20,000 nt of DNA from an uncultured virus (IMG/VR IMGVR_UViG_3300009873_000021) (IMGVR_UViG_3300009873_000021:45362-65361); one strand, 5' to 3'; counted from the stretch's first letter, positions 7,212 through 15,219 are shown. The notes: generated by a model not told the origin, from the sequence alone. Numbers and translations are program-made.

Positions 7212-7587
7212 GAAGGCATTGTCTATCAGACAACCGTGGACGTCCATGATCGCCAGCGGGCGAAAGACCATTGAGACCCGCGTGTGGAAAACAGACTACC
7301 GTGGCGACCTGCTCATCTGCGCGTCGGCACGCCCAAAGATCGACGATTTGCCCACGGGGGTCGCGGTGTGCGTCGCGCGACTCGTCGACATTCGGCCAAT
7401 GACCGTAGAAGACGAGTCCGCTGCTTGCTGCGCCGTCTACCCGCGCGCCTGCTCCTGGGTGCTGGAAGACATTCGACCGATCGAACCGTTTCCGGTGCGC
7501 GGGCAGCTCGGCCCCTTCGAAGTCGAGATCCTGCAGCCGCTCCGCTTCCTCGCCCTCGCGCCGGAGCCAAGCGGGCTGTTTCGCTGA
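7210..7587 (+). CDS. ASCH domain protein
   Basis: MKALSIRQPW...GRKTIETRVWKTDYRGDLLICAS...PVRGQLG; AGGAGG SD before ATG 7210. Confidence 0.9.
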   Translation: MKALSIRQPWTSMIASGRKTIETRVWKTDYRGDLLICASARPKIDDLPTGVAVCVARLVDIRPMTVEDESAACCAVYPRACSWVLEDIRPIEPFPVRGQLGPFEVEILQPLRFLALAPEPSGLFR

Positions 7588-7647
7588 AGCGCCGGGGTCG
7601 GTGTCGTCCGCCCTCTCCGGTCTGGTGGGACCAGCGTGTCGCTCGTG

Positions 7648-8271
7648 TCACTTCCGGCGCGATTCTGCCTTCGGGTACGCCTTCGCGTCTTTCGCGATCA
7701 ACGCACGAATCTCGCCATCGAGCGGATAGACGTACCGGTGCTTACCCGGGACCTTCACCGCGCGACATTCAGAGATCTTCGGGCATCGGTCCATGTGGCC
7801 CCGGTGCTTCTTCAAGCCGGTCGCACTGACTGCCCTTGAGTGATACTCCGTGCCGTCGGCCGCGATGTACTTCACATCAGTGCGCGTGAGGCCCGTGTAG
7901 AGCCAGTTCATCGCCTGATACACAGTGCCAACGTGGCCCGCGGCCGGATCCGAGTGACTGACGATCGCTCGCAGGCCCGGGCAGTGCTTGTGCAGCAGCT
8001 TGATCGCGATCGCGACGATCCTGCTGGTGGCGACCGCGTGCTCGCCCAGGGCGAGCCTGGCCATTTCGCAAACCTCGTAGCAGCTCAAGCCCCACCGGCC
8101 ACCCAGGTCCGCACCGCCTCCCATGCCGAAGATCACAACGCCGCAGAATCTTCCTGCCTCCCACACGCCAACGCGCACGAGCTTCCCGCGTGGCATCTCG
8201 CGACGGTAGTACCATCGCTCGACTGCGTGCTTCGCAGCATCGTGCGAGCAGAAGCCCAGCTGCAGCTCACT
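7648..8271 (-). CDS. Mom-like (GNAT-fold) DNA adenine modification protein; start unresolved
   Basis: GVVIFG, EMARLAL, SRIVAIAIKLL and SHSDPAAGHVGTVYQAMNWLYTG match the Mu Mom-like pattern (D...H.G..YQA.NW.Y.G). Homology appears to begin near 8271, but in-frame ATGs occur only at 8412 and 8196. Confidence 0.8.
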   Translation of the reverse strand, partial: SELQLGFCSHDAAKHAVERWYYRREMPRGKLVRVGVWEAGRFCGVVIFGMGGGADLGGRWGLSCYEVCEMARLALGEHAVATSRIVAIAIKLLHKHCPGLRAIVSHSDPAAGHVGTVYQAMNWLYTGLTRTDVKYIAADGTEYHSRAVSATGLKKHRGHMDRCPKISECRAVKVPGKHRYVYPLDGEIRALIAKDAKAYPKAESRRK

Positions 8272-8929
8272 TGCCGCGCGGGTCGAACCGGTGGCCGCAC
8301 TCCGGGCAGGTGACGGGCTTGGGCTCGTCGAGCCGCGCCTGTGTGTCGGCGCCGACCGGTTCGAACGTCTGTTCCTCGTGGCCTGCCTCGTCGAGTTCTT
8401 CCGCTTCGCCATCGCTTTCGTCGTCGCCGGTTGGCTCGTTGAGCTCGGCGTCGAGTTCCGCGGCCAGCCTTTCGATTTCCTTCTCGAAGCCCAGGTCGGC
8501 CAGGACGCCGTGATCAAAGTCATCGGTGTCGGCGAGCTCCTGCAGCTGGCGGTCCAGCTCCGCGTCCAGCCAGCCGGCGCGCTCGCCCGTGCGGTTGTGC
8601 GCCAGCGCGAAGGCCTTGAGCTTCACCGGCGACAGGTCCGACGGGACGGCGGCGAGATACTCCCACTCCAGCCCGTGCTCGGCGCTGGTCGCGGCCTCGA
8701 AGCGGCCGTTGCCGACCTTGATCGTGCGCGTGCGCGGCTCGTACTGGATCAGCTCCTGCTGGCCGAACCGGCGGAGTGACGCGGCGGTGGACTTGATGTC
8801 GAAATCCGTGTGCGCCCGCGCGTTGCGCGAGTCCCGCTTGAGCGTGCGGGCCTCGACCGCGAAGCAGCGCAGATGCGGCGCGATGTGCGCCAGCAGCTTC
8901 GCGGGGACCTTCTTTGGCTTGGCGGGCAC
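8267..8929 (-). CDS. Phage ParB/Srx-like N-terminal domain protein with an acidic linker and C-terminal CPECG knuckle
   Basis: RNARAH, SLRRFGQ, VGNGRFEAA, ALAHNRTGE and TCPECGHRF; GTG start. Confidence 0.8.
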   Translation of the reverse strand: MPAKPKKVPAKLLAHIAPHLRCFAVEARTLKRDSRNARAHTDFDIKSTAASLRRFGQQELIQYEPRTRTIKVGNGRFEAATSAEHGLEWEYLAAVPSDLSPVKLKAFALAHNRTGERAGWLDAELDRQLQELADTDDFDHGVLADLGFEKEIERLAAELDAELNEPTGDDESDGEAEELDEAGHEEQTFEPVGADTQARLDEPKPVTCPECGHRFDPRGK

Positions 8930-8934
8930 GCTGG

Positions 8935-9111
8935 CTAGATCCGGGTCAGTATCTGCGTGAGGCTGGCGCGATCATCCACCACCTGCGGGTGCTCGCGCAG
9001 CAGGCTCTCGATGGACTGCGGATCGCTGAGCGCCTCCGCGTTCTCGACCACGCCATGTTCCGAGTTTGCGGGGAGGCTCGGCGGGTCGGGCTCTGGGGTT
9101 GAAGTCATCAT
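8935..9111 (-). CDS. Small hypothetical protein
   Basis: 58 aa from ATG 9111 with GAGGAG SD; fills the gap in the minus-strand operon. Confidence 0.45.
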   Translation of the reverse strand: MMTSTPEPDPPSLPANSEHGVVENAEALSDPQSIESLLREHPQVVDDRASLTQILTRI

Positions 9112-9132
9112 TTCCGTGCTCCTCATCACGGT

Positions 9133-10692
9133 TCATGCCAAAAGCAGCAGTTCTTCATCTTCGCGGCGGGCTCGCTCCAGCTCCAGATCGAACTGCGTGA
9201 GCGTGCGACGGTCAAAGTCGAACGCGCGGGCGTGCAGCTGTGCCATGCCGACGAGCGCCGCCGTCGCCAGTGACTTGTGATCGATCCGGCCGACGATGCT
9301 CAATCGCAGGCGAAGATCCGCGTGCACGGCGCGCACTGACGCGGCAGAGCCGTCGATGCCGCCGATGGCGCTGATCCTGCCGACGACGACGGCATAGCCG
9401 TCGCTCCTGCCGGCGATGGAGCGAATCCGTCGCGGGCGCTTGGCTGGCTTTTTCGGTGCTTCGTCGCGCGGTTGCCGGCGCGAGCGGAGCTTTCGCCCAG
9501 CCCGTCCCCATCCGCCGCCGCCGTGTGTCGCCGGTGGTGGCGGAACAAACAGACCCAGCGCGCCGGTGCACGTGGATGCGCCGCTGGCACATCCGCCGAT
9601 CGGCGTCGGTGGCGCCGAGCCGTCGTGGATAGCGCCGTGAACCGCGGCCGTGCCCGCGACCGACCCGGCCAGGGCGCCGTCAGAGGCGAGCGAAGCGTTT
9701 GCGGCCGAGCCGGCGCGCGATTGGCCGAGCAGCGCGCCGTCACCGTGAATTGACCAGATCGCCGACGAGACGCCGGCGGATGATCCGGCCAGTGCGCCGC
9801 GCAAGCCGAGCGAAGCGACCGTCGCGGCTGTGCCGGCGGATTTCGCCGCCAGGGCGCCGTTGGCCCGGATCGTCGCAGCGGCCGTGCCGGCTGCCGCGAC
9901 CGTCGCGAGCATCGCGCCGTCGACGAGTGAACTGAGAGTGCCGTTTGCGCCAGCGCTGCCGACGGCGTTGCCGGCAAGCGCGCCCTTTGCCCGGATCGTG
10001 CCGACGGCGCTGGCCGAACCGGCCGATGCGCCCGTCTGGACGCCGCGGCCGCGGGCCGTCGCGATCGCGCTGGCTGTGCCGGCCGGCGAAGCGACTGCCC
10101 CGGCCCGGCCGAAGACTGTGCCCCGGCTGTCGGATGATCCCGCGACGACGCCCGACGCGGGAAGCCGGCCGTGGATCGTGGCGATCGCGCTGGCGGTGCC
10201 GACGGATGAAGCGAGCTGGACGCCACCGCCACGGGCCGCTGCGATCGCGCTGGCGGTGCCGACGGGCGAAGCGCTCGCCCCGGCCCGGCCGAAGACTGTG
10301 CCCCGGCTGTCGGATGATCCCGCGACGACGCCCGACGCGGGAAGCCGGCCGCGGATCGTGGCCAGTGCCGTCGCACACCCCGACGCGGGCCCGGCAAGGC
10401 TTCCCTTGGCGAGCAGCGCACCGTTGACGCCGGCGCCGCCGGCCGCCGACGCGGTGATCGCGCTGGTGCCCGATGGCGGAGCAAGCAGTGCCTGCGGCAG
10501 TCGCGGGCGCGCCCGGGCTGGCGGCTTGCGCCGCTTCCAGGTCTGAAGTCGGACCAGCGCAACCGGCGGTCGGTTGCGCAGCGTGCCGACGGCGGACGCG
10601 GATGCGCCGCACACGCCGGTGATCGCGCTGGTTGATCCCCCGGCCTGTTGCTGCGCCGCGCCGGGGAGTAACGGTTGAAAGTGCCAGGCCAT
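9133..10692 (-). CDS. Ala/Gly/Ser-rich repeat virion-like protein (fibre or solenoid candidate)
   Basis: 519 aa with about 20-residue periodicity, two Arg/Pro-rich linkers and an acidic-hydrophobic C-terminus (RARREDEELLLLA). Confidence 0.65.
   Translation of the reverse strand: MAWHFQPLLPGAAQQQAGGSTSAITGVCGASASAVGTLRNRPPVALVRLQTWKRRKPPARARPRLPQALLAPPSGTSAITASAAGGAGVNGALLAKGSLAGPASGCATALATIRGRLPASGVVAGSSDSRGTVFGRAGASASPVGTASAIAAARGGGVQLASSVGTASAIATIHGRLPASGVVAGSSDSRGTVFGRAGAVASPAGTASAIATARGRGVQTGASAGSASAVGTIRAKGALAGNAVGSAGANGTLSSLVDGAMLATVAAAGTAAATIRANGALAAKSAGTAATVASLGLRGALAGSSAGVSSAIWSIHGDGALLGQSRAGSAANASLASDGALAGSVAGTAAVHGAIHDGSAPPTPIGGCASGASTCTGALGLFVPPPPATHGGGGWGRAGRKLRSRRQPRDEAPKKPAKRPRRIRSIAGRSDGYAVVVGRISAIGGIDGSAASVRAVHADLRLRLSIVGRIDHKSLATAALVGMAQLHARAFDFDRRTLTQFDLELERARREDEELLLLA
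10003..10362. repeat. Intragenic 180-nt tandem duplication
   Basis: 10097-10171 is identical to 10277-10351 (75 nt); flanks are similar at the same 180-nt offset. Outer limits approximate. Confidence 0.9.
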
Positions 10693-10716
10693 GCCACCCT
10701 CTTATGAGGTGGCGAG

Positions 10717-11061
10717 TCACGCCACTTTTCTGATCGACCACGTCACCGTGATCGTGCCCGCGATCGCGTCCAGCGTCACATCCCAGCCGTGCAGCAGGAT
10801 CAGGCTGGGGCTCACCCAGATCGGCGGCGACTGCGGTCCGACCAGGTTGGATTGATAGACGACGCGCTGCGTGTCGCCGGCCTGCACTTTTTCGTAGACG
10901 CGGATCTGCAGCTCATCGCCCGAGACCATGTCCGATACGTCCAGAAAGACCTGGAACACGCCGTCGGATGTTTCCACGTCCGGGCCGGCCGTGTCGGTCG
11001 TGAGCGAGTGCTCGGTCGTGCCGACGGCTTCGCTGCCGGCGAAGGCTTCACTGATGGCCAT
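10717..11061 (-). CDS. Hypothetical beta-rich virion-like protein
   Basis: 114 aa with alternating strand patterns (VFQVFLDV, LQIRVYE, ITVTWSI); tightly packed in the operon. Confidence 0.65.
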   Translation of the reverse strand: MAISEAFAGSEAVGTTEHSLTTDTAGPDVETSDGVFQVFLDVSDMVSGDELQIRVYEKVQAGDTQRVVYQSNLVGPQSPPIWVSPSLILLHGWDVTLDAIAGTITVTWSIRKVA

Positions 11062-11067
11062 GCTGTT

Positions 11068-11910
11068 TCACCCCAGCCCGTAGGCGACGCACACCGGCGT
11101 GGTCTGCGCCGCGGCGGTGCCGACAGCGCGCATGTACACGTTCTCGCCGGCCTTGACGTGCTGCACCGGCAGGCGACTGCCGATCGCGGACTTGCCGCAC
11201 TGCTCGGAGTTGTTTGCCACGTAGAGGATGTTCTCGGCGCACAGCTTCTTGTTGGTGGCATCGCCCGCCGCGACGTCCAGCAGCTCGCACTCATCCGCCA
11301 GCGTGGTGTCGTTGAAGGCGATGCCGCCCTGCCACCACCACAGGTCGTTGGCGGTCGTTCCCAGCGAAGCGGTGTACGAGCCCATCGCCGCGTTGCCGGG
11401 TGTGATCGAGGTTCCGGTGGTCGTGCCGGTGACGGCGCCGAAGGTTTCGATTTTCGTGCCGCAGCGAACCAGCTCCGGGCGCGTGGGCTTGCCGAACACA
11501 CGGATGAACACGCGCAGCGCCGAGGTGCTGGCGGTCAGGCTCTGATTGGCCGATCCGATCGCGGTGCCGGCGGCCAGGTAGACCGGAAAGTAGTACCACC
11601 AGCCCCCCATGACCAGCGAGGCGCTGTTGACCAGCAGGTTGTTGATCAGCACCGACCAGCTCGTGCCGCCGGCAGGGTCGATCAGGATGTCCACGAGGTT
11701 TCGCCGCACCGTGGCCGCGGTGTTTCCGCCGGAGAAGCCGATGGCCATGCCGTAGCAGTCCTCGGCGATGGCCGAGAGGATGGCGGTGTTCGCGCCCTTG
11801 GTGTTGGCGTTGGCGTGCCCGGGGCTGTTGGTGCCGATGCCGGCGTCCGAGTAGGTCGCGCCGAAGTTGTCCGCCGACCATCCGAAGTCGGTCCCGGGCG
11901 TGAACAGCAT
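11068..11910 (-). CDS. Hypothetical virion-like protein with two tandem beta-sandwich-like repeats
   Basis: 280 aa whose halves align by eye (NTKGANT..LVDI..NNLL..FPVYLAAG versus AAMGSYT..LLDV..ENIL..LPVQHVKAG). Confidence 0.65.
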   Translation of the reverse strand: MLFTPGTDFGWSADNFGATYSDAGIGTNSPGHANANTKGANTAILSAIAEDCYGMAIGFSGGNTAATVRRNLVDILIDPAGGTSWSVLINNLLVNSASLVMGGWWYYFPVYLAAGTAIGSANQSLTASTSALRVFIRVFGKPTRPELVRCGTKIETFGAVTGTTTGTSITPGNAAMGSYTASLGTTANDLWWWQGGIAFNDTTLADECELLDVAAGDATNKKLCAENILYVANNSEQCGKSAIGSRLPVQHVKAGENVYMRAVGTAAAQTTPVCVAYGLG

Positions 11911-11912
11911 GC

Positions 11913-12371
11913 TCAGCCGATCTCGCGGAAGGTGATGGTGACGATGGCGTCGAAGGCGGTCGGCGTCGAAAGCATGCGCAGCCCCCAGCTGGCGGCGCCG
12001 GCGATGATCGGCCGCTCCTCGGGGACCGGCGTGAAAAAGTAACCGCCCAGCGTGCTGAAGCCCTGATAACCGACCAGCGTGTTGGCGGTGTACGTCGGCT
12101 CGCTGGCGGTGATGTTGCCCACCACCGTGCTCGCCGCCGCCTGATCGCCCAGCTCGTGCTTGGAGGGCGTGAGCGTCGTGCCCGTGGGCGTGCCCAGCGA
12201 GCTGATCGCCTGCCAGGTGGCCTCGAGCTGCTCGTTGGTTTCGTTGCTGGCGTTGGTGATGCTCGTCGAGAGGATCTCCACGGGCTTGTTTGACGGCGCG
12301 GTGATGTACGCCAGCGTTCTGGCCGCGGCCAGGGCGCTGATCTTGATCTGGGCTGTATAGACTCCGCGCAC
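11913..12371 (-). CDS. Hypothetical beta-rich virion-like protein
   Basis: 152 aa, GTG start with GGGAG SD, Thr/Ser-rich; 2 nt from the next gene. Confidence 0.65.
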   Translation of the reverse strand: MRGVYTAQIKISALAAARTLAYITAPSNKPVEILSTSITNASNETNEQLEATWQAISSLGTPTGTTLTPSKHELGDQAAASTVVGNITASEPTYTANTLVGYQGFSTLGGYFFTPVPEERPIIAGAASWGLRMLSTPTAFDAIVTITFREIG

Positions 12372-12386
12372 GATTAGCTCCCGTTG

Positions 12387-13106
12387 TCAGGCGACGCGCA
12401 GCCGCCTTGAGCGAAAGTAGGACACGAACGCCGGCCCCGCCAGTGCGACCATGGAGGATCGCCGCCAGGAGCGCCGCGCCCGCCAGGGGATCGGCGGCCC
12501 GTCGACGGTGGCGGGCGTGCCGTTCACCGTCCAGGTGTGGCCGTTGCCGGAAAAATCCGTCTCGTCATCGGCTATCGAGAACATCGGATAGAACGCGTAC
12601 AACCCGGCCAGCCGGATCGGCACGTACGATCGCATCTCATTGGCGACTTCCGCGGCCGTCAGCGCCACCCCGTCCCAGATCTTCACCGCCGCCATGTCCA
12701 CGCTCGGCGTCCAGCCGCCGGCAAAATCGTTGCCGCCGACGTAGAGCCGCGTGTTCGTGACGGTGGAGCTGTCGGTGAAGTTGACGTCCAGAACGGCATC
12801 GAGATACCCGCTGTAGTCGTTGCCCGATTTCACCAGCGCCGCGTGATACCACTGGTCCAGCGTCGTGGCACTGCCGGTGTCCGAGACGGACTGATTTTCC
12901 AGATACATCGCATAGGACGCGCCGTTGAGCGCCAGCGCGATCCATTCGGTGTCTCCCGCGCCGTTGTTGCGGTAGATCAGCGGAAGAAAGTGGGTGCCAT
13001 AATCCGACGTCCTTCGAAACCACAGCGCGACCGTAAACGTCGAAATCGACGGAAGCGAACTCGTGCGGAGGTAGTAGTCCGCCGTGTTGTCGATCCCGAT
13101 GCCCAT
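12387..13106 (-). CDS. LamG/concanavalin A-like lectin domain protein
   Basis: FTVALWFR, QWYHAALV, LYVGG, AAVKIWDGVALTAAEV and DFSGNG motifs; Arg-rich C-terminal tail; GGAGG SD. Confidence 0.85.
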   Translation of the reverse strand: MGIGIDNTADYYLRTSSLPSISTFTVALWFRRTSDYGTHFLPLIYRNNGAGDTEWIALALNGASYAMYLENQSVSDTGSATTLDQWYHAALVKSGNDYSGYLDAVLDVNFTDSSTVTNTRLYVGGNDFAGGWTPSVDMAAVKIWDGVALTAAEVANEMRSYVPIRLAGLYAFYPMFSIADDETDFSGNGHTWTVNGTPATVDGPPIPWRARRSWRRSSMVALAGPAFVSYFRSRRLRVA

Positions 13107-13118
13107 CAAGCCTCCCCA

Positions 13119-13625
13119 TCAGGTCTCTTTGCCGGCCAGTGCCCACAGCTCGGCGTCGCCGGTCATGGTGTCGCCGGCGTCGTCAGTTTTTCGTCGCACG
13201 CGAACGATCGCCAGCTCGCCGTCGGCCCAGCTGTCCATGTCGGTCCCGTCGGTGAAGGTAATGGTGGGATAGCTCAGCTCGCCGGAGGCCGACGCGCACG
13301 TGTCCTGCACGCCGTTGAAGTCGTAGGTCTGGCTCGTGTCGATGTCCTCGGCGTCGTCGGCCATCCGGCGGATGCCAATCTCCCAGCGGATGTCGTTGGC
13401 CGTCGCCGACGCCGCCGACCAGGGGAGCGTGAAGGTCAGCCCGCCGCCGCCGTACCCGCGCAGCAGGCAGAGAAAATCCACGTACTCGATGGTCGATGCG
13501 TCGAATGCCCAGAGCAGCACGCCCTCCGCGGGCGTGCTCCCGCCGGCGCGCTTGGTCAGCGCGGCAAAGGTCGCCCCCGGGGGCAGGACTTCGAGGACTT
13601 CGACGACAGGCGAGCCGCTGGCCAT
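13119..13625 (-). CDS. Hypothetical acidic beta-rich virion-like protein
   Basis: 168 aa, tightly packed in the operon, jelly-roll-like strand pattern. Confidence 0.65.
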   Translation of the reverse strand: MASGSPVVEVLEVLPPGATFAALTKRAGGSTPAEGVLLWAFDASTIEYVDFLCLLRGYGGGGLTFTLPWSAASATANDIRWEIGIRRMADDAEDIDTSQTYDFNGVQDTCASASGELSYPTITFTDGTDMDSWADGELAIVRVRRKTDDAGDTMTGDAELWALAGKET

Positions 13626-13629
13626 TCGC

Positions 13630-13887
13630 TTAGACTCCGGCGAGGTATCGTTTCTGAATCACGTACTGCAGCAGCAGCGCCTTCTGCGGCGTGGTAAGCG
13701 CCGACCGCGCCGGCTGGGGGATGGCGCTGTTGATCGCCGCGGCGTTGTCGGAAAGGAACTGATCCAGCGCGTCGGCGGCTGCCCGCAGCTCGGCCTTGCT
13801 CAGCCCCAGCGGATCCCGCGCGGCGCTGCGGTCGCGCATGAAATCGGCCCACAGTTGGGCACGGTCGGTGTCCGAAAGCACGGCCAT
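13630..13887 (-). CDS. Small alpha-helical hypothetical protein
   Basis: 85 aa with 4-nt gaps to both neighbours; GAGGA SD inside the upstream gene. Confidence 0.7.
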   Translation of the reverse strand: MAVLSDTDRAQLWADFMRDRSAARDPLGLSKAELRAAADALDQFLSDNAAAINSAIPQPARSALTTPQKALLLQYVIQKRYLAGV

Positions 13888-13891
13888 GCGG

Positions 13892-14569
13892 TCAATCCTC
13901 GGTGATGTCCAGTGCCCCGGGGGCGAACTCCGGCGTGATGTTGGCGCTGACCGCCAGTGTCATAGCCTTGTAGGCCACGCCGTCGCCGACGGCGGTGATG
14001 TCCAGCGTGCCGCCGCCCTGCGTGGTCGAGATCGTGATCACATCCGTCGCCGAGGTCTTGACCCAGTACAGCGTGCCCTCGGTGATGCCGGTGGGCAGCG
14101 AGCTGCCGAACGCCGGATAGAACGCCACGCGGTCATCCACGATCAGCGTGTGGCCGGGGATGGTGATGTTGTCGTTGGTGGCGGCGGTGAACGGACCCTG
14201 CACCGATGCGCCCAGGTTGCCGCTGTAGAGGATCTTGCCGGCGCCGCTGGCGGACGTGCCGACAGCGAAGTGCGTGAGGGTCTCGCTGCCGGCGGTGCAC
14301 TGACCGAAGGTGATGGCCGCGGCGTTTTCGACGGCGTTGGCGGTGACCGTCCAGCCGCCCGAGGTGCGCGCCACCGCCACGCGCGCGTAGCCCGTGTAGG
14401 CCGCCTCGCTGGTGGTCTGGCTGCCCCCCTCGCCCGGGTCGGCGGTGTGCAGGCTGACGTACAGATTGGTCAGCGGGCTGGTGCCGGCGTTGTCCGCGAT
14501 GTTCGCGATCGCGGTCGCCTGGAAGATAAGCTTGAGCCAATCGTTCTCGAAAGCATTGGATTTGGACAT
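13892..14569 (-). CDS. Phage virion structural protein (family often labelled tail fibre protein) with an inserted domain
   Basis: LYVSLHTADPGEGG, YTGYARVAV, NAAAITF, THFAVG and PEFAPGALDITED, a pattern recalled from small phage structural proteins. Confidence 0.7.
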   Translation of the reverse strand: MSKSNAFENDWLKLIFQATAIANIADNAGTSPLTNLYVSLHTADPGEGGSQTTSEAAYTGYARVAVARTSGGWTVTANAVENAAAITFGQCTAGSETLTHFAVGTSASGAGKILYSGNLGASVQGPFTAATNDNITIPGHTLIVDDRVAFYPAFGSSLPTGITEGTLYWVKTSATDVITISTTQGGGTLDITAVGDGVAYKAMTLAVSANITPEFAPGALDITED

Positions 14570-14610
14570 TGGTCGCCTACTTTTCTCAAACGTGTTACGC
14601 TATCGGGAAA

Positions 14611-15219
14611 ATGGGAAGACAAGCTGATCTCGCCCCGCTGCCGAAGCATCACGCCCTTGTTGATCGACCGCCGCGGTTCATGCGCAAGTACGGGCACAAG
14701 GGACCCTGCGCAAAGGTCGTCTGTTCGGTCTGTGGTCGCGCCAGGTGGTATGCCTACCGCACTCTACGGACGTGGATGGCTTCCAGGACGAAATTCACAG
14801 GCATCTGCCGGAAGTGCTGGCTGAGACTGCCCAAGTCTCGGACGTTTCGCACCACTCGAAATCCGACCGGGCGACGAATAGACCTAAACGGTTATGTGTG
14901 CCTGCAGAAGAACGCGGTCTCCGACGATGATCTGTCGCGGTTTGATCAGATGCGAGGACGGGGCGGTTTCGTCTTGGAGCATCGCTGGGTGATGGCTAAG
15001 CACCTCGGCCGCATTCTCACGCGAGAAGAGCTTGTGGATCACATGAACGGCATCAAGACGGATAACCGGATCGTCAACCTGCGAATCTACGTTCGTGGAA
15101 AGCAACAGCCAGGGAGTTGCCCCGGGCACGGCACGTACTACCACGAATGGCAGATGGCGCTGCGGCGGGTTCGCGAACTCGAATCACGCCTCAAGACGAA
15201 GCGTCGCTCGGTCGACTAG
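14611..15219 (+). CDS. Free-standing HNH endonuclease (HNH_3 type) with an N-terminal CxxC pair
   Basis: EHRWVMAKHLGR...VDHMNGIKTDNRIVNL plus CSVC...CRKC. Antisense to the operon and visibly more AT-rich. Extended -10-like TGTTACGCT at 14593-14601. Confidence 0.88.
   Translation: MGRQADLAPLPKHHALVDRPPRFMRKYGHKGPCAKVVCSVCGRARWYAYRTLRTWMASRTKFTGICRKCWLRLPKSRTFRTTRNPTGRRIDLNGYVCLQKNAVSDDDLSRFDQMRGRGGFVLEHRWVMAKHLGRILTREELVDHMNGIKTDNRIVNLRIYVRGKQQPGSCPGHGTYYHEWQMALRRVRELESRLKTKRRSVD

Noticed and set aside
8267..8929. ParB as evidence of a plasmid-prophage partition system
   Set aside because: No ParA, no HTH/parS-binding region; this short ParB-N type accompanies phage DNA-modification genes.
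10097..10351. 75-nt repeat pair as a DGR template/variable repeat
   Set aside because: The copies are identical rather than differing at adenines, lie in tandem inside one gene, and no reverse transcriptase is present in the window.
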